Shown: one piece after another, positions 13,772 to 15,697 of the stretch
Numbering within the stretch: position 1 is the stretch's first letter
How the letters are laid out: each line of letters starts with the position of its first letter
DNA from: a bacterium
Lineage (GTDB): Bacteria > Eisenbacteria > RBG-16-71-46
Length of the DNA: 15,697 nt
Reading direction: 5' to 3'
Assembly (NCBI GenBank): GCA_043779265.1
Contig: JAYWEM010000182.1
Span: 1-15,697, forward strand
Notes under the pieces: model-generated
The model's input: only the letters and a program-made list of their open reading frames with translations
Database searches by the model: none
What the model was told of the DNA's origin: nothing
Position numbers and translations under genes: made by a program

Positions 13772-15607
13772 ATGACCCTTCGCGCACACTTCCAAGTGTT
13801 GGCGGTTCTGACCGCCTTCGTAGCCGGGCCGCTCAGTCAGTCGGCCGAGGCGCAGCCACATCCTCGGCTCGGCCTCTACGCTTCGATCATGGGCGACGGC
13901 TATCCGCTGCTGTTCCCGGATGGGTCGATGGACACGACCGCTGTCGCCGCTGTGGCGCGCTACGACGTGATCACGCTCGACGTGAATCCGGTCGCGCCCT
14001 ATCACCCCGAGCTGCTCGCCGAACTGCGACGCCGGAACCCCGACATCCGGATCCTGGGCTACGTGCTCGGCCACGACATCTGGGGCGCTGCGGATGCCGA
14101 TTCGCTGGTCCACTTCCCGACGCGCTATCGGCGACTCGTGCGCGACCTCGGAGGGTTCCTCTTCAACTCGGTGACCGCCGCACATTACCCGGGCGCGAAC
14201 GTGAACCTCGCCAAGCGCGATGGCAGCGGACGATTCGTCGTGGCCGAGGGCTTGGCGGATCTGTTCCACAACGCCGTCGTCTCGAGCGGTCTGTGGGACG
14301 GCGTGTTCATCGACGTGTATTGCCGCACGATCGCCTGGTCCCAGGGCGCGTCGCAGCAGCTCGACTTCGTGCGGGCTGGCTATCCCTCGCTGGCCGCCTT
14401 CGAGTCCGCGTGGTCGGCGGGGAGCGACACGCTGGCCAACCGCCTGCGCCGCCTCTCGGGGCCCGGCCCCGTGCTGTGCGGCAACTGCGCCCAGGGTGCG
14501 CACACCGCCGTCTTCCAGGGGTGGATGCGCGAGAACTTCCCCTACCAAGGTGGCGGCGACTGGTATCGCAACATGCTGGATGACCCCTACGGCTACTTCG
14601 CCGATGAGCGCGACTTCCTGTCGCCTTCGCACAACTGGATCTTCACCGCGATGAATGGCGGGATCGGGGCTCAGTACTCCGGCGAGAACGCGAGGCGTGT
14701 CCGCTTCGGATTGGGGAGTGCCTCGCTCGGCGAGGGCTTCGCCACCTTCGGGCCCAGTGACCGTGTCGCCACGACGGCGCCCTATCACGCCTATTGGTAC
14801 GACGAGTACGCCGTGGATCGACTCTCGGGGAACAGCTCCGCAGCCCTCTCGCACACCGGTTGGCTCGGCGCCTCGCTCGGGCCGGCGCATCAGATGATCT
14901 GGGCGGGAACGAACCCCGACGCCGTCGGCAATCCGGGTTTCGAGGTGAGCGCCACGACCGGATGGGATTTCGTGACCATCGCTCCCGCAGTGGCGACGCG
15001 TACGCGCGTGATCGGGAACGCGCCGGTCGGCAGCGCTGCGCTGCATGTGTCGATCGCCGCGACTGGTGCTCAGGACTACAGCGTCCATCTCGCCACGCCG
15101 GGTTCGCTCACGGTCGTCGCCGGCGGGAGCTACGCTGTCACGTTCTGGGCGCGTGCGGTGCCGACGCGCGAAGTGCAGGTGATCGCGAGCCGGCCGGGAG
15201 GCGGGAATGTGGCGTCTCGCACGCTCACGATCGGGCCCGAGTGGAAGCAGCACCAGGTCATCCTGACACCCAGTCTGAGCGTGCAGTCCTCGCTCCAGCT
15301 CTACCTGGCTCGTGGCGGGGCGGGGGACATCTGGTTCGATGACGTGCACTTCCAGCAGGGCGCCACGAACCTGTACCGGCGAGACTTCGAGCACGGGATC
15401 GTGCTCGTGAATCCCGCGAGCCAGCCGCTGCAGGTGCCGCTTGGACGGGACTACCGCCGCATCCGCGGCACCGTGAGCCCCGGGATCAACGATGGCGCGC
15501 TCGTCCAGAGCGTGACCGTGGCGGCCCAGGACGCGCTCTTCCTGATCGAGGCCGTGGCGGACACGATCCCCCCGGCGGCCGTGACCGATATGGAAGTGAC
15601 GCCCTAG
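13772..15607 (+). CDS. secreted putative glycoside hydrolase (GHL15-like) with an inserted CBM4/9-like module, paralogue 2 (611 aa)
   Basis: Collinear with paralogue 1 (ITLDVNP, NVNLAKRDG, WDGVFID, GWMRENFP, YWYDEYAVD, HTGWLG, QMIWAG, DDVHFQ, YRRDF.HGIVLVNP, DALFLI). Signal peptide ending SAEA-Q. GAGGGGG lies before ATG 13772; the alternative ATG is at 13754. Confidence 0.8.
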   Translation: MTLRAHFQVLAVLTAFVAGPLSQSAEAQPHPRLGLYASIMGDGYPLLFPDGSMDTTAVAAVARYDVITLDVNPVAPYHPELLAELRRRNPDIRILGYVLGHDIWGAADADSLVHFPTRYRRLVRDLGGFLFNSVTAAHYPGANVNLAKRDGSGRFVVAEGLADLFHNAVVSSGLWDGVFIDVYCRTIAWSQGASQQLDFVRAGYPSLAAFESAWSAGSDTLANRLRRLSGPGPVLCGNCAQGAHTAVFQGWMRENFPYQGGGDWYRNMLDDPYGYFADERDFLSPSHNWIFTAMNGGIGAQYSGENARRVRFGLGSASLGEGFATFGPSDRVATTAPYHAYWYDEYAVDRLSGNSSAALSHTGWLGASLGPAHQMIWAGTNPDAVGNPGFEVSATTGWDFVTIAPAVATRTRVIGNAPVGSAALHVSIAATGAQDYSVHLATPGSLTVVAGGSYAVTFWARAVPTREVQVIASRPGGGNVASRTLTIGPEWKQHQVILTPSLSVQSSLQLYLARGGAGDIWFDDVHFQQGATNLYRRDFEHGIVLVNPASQPLQVPLGRDYRRIRGTVSPGINDGALVQSVTVAAQDALFLIEAVADTIPPAAVTDMEVTP

Positions 15608-15631
15608 TCGACTCGCGTCATCGCGACTCGG

Positions 15632-15697
15632 TCAGTCCACGTCGACGATCTCCGCCGTCCAGCTCACCTCGACCGCTCCCTTGAGCGTCGCCGCGGT
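15632..15697 (-). CDS. 3' end (partial) of a convergent gene, product unknown
   Basis: The minus strand reads TAATLKGAVEVSWTAEIVDVD* in GC3-rich codons, with TGA at 15634-15632. The fragment is too short to assign. Confidence 0.55.
   Translation of the reverse strand, partial: TAATLKGAVEVSWTAEIVDVD

Noticed and set aside
12062..15394. 463-aa and 605-aa minus-strand ORFs that resemble each other
   Set aside because: They mirror the two real plus-strand hydrolase paralogues; the similarity is inherited from the sense strand.
15632..15697. Possible diaminopimelate epimerase (DapF)-like C-terminus
   Set aside because: Only 21 residues with loose resemblance, which is not enough to name the gene.
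1..15697. CRISPR array, tRNA/rRNA, riboswitch, IS or prophage
   Set aside because: No regularly spaced repeats, recognisable structured-RNA signatures or mobility genes were seen. Intergenic gaps are short (about 200 bp or less). A covariance-model search was not run.

Overview
Very GC-rich bacterial window with no RNA genes, CRISPR array or mobile element visible. Two proteins end in T9SS type-A/FlgD-Ig-like C-terminal domains. With the high GC, this suggests an FCB-associated lineage such as Ca. Eisenbacteria (inference). Gene order: 3' end of a CTD-bearing protein; an operon of two paralogous two-TM GIDE/BAM-domain proteins plus lemA; an overlapping pair of a motif-degenerate Gfo/Idh/MocA protein and an unknown alpha/beta protein; a 61-aa Cys-rich protein; a GH1 beta-glycosidase; a 970-aa secreted beta-propeller/IPT/Ig/malectin/Ig/CTD protein; an MFS transporter; a squalene-synthase-like enzyme; two tandem secreted GHL15-like putative glycoside hydrolases with an inserted CBM4/9-like module; and the 3' end of a convergent gene. 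Best candidates for something new: (1) the RING-less GIDE-GIDE-LemA membrane module; (2) a sigma28-like motif (T[C/G]AA-N16-GCCGATGACC) shared by that operon and the second hydrolase paralogue; (3) a conserved orphan C-terminal tail (DxxPPAxxxD[L/M]) on both hydrolases; (4) an apparent Gfo/Idh/MocA pseudo-enzyme pair. Several genes look leaderless. All family calls come from motif recognition by eye; no database searches were run.
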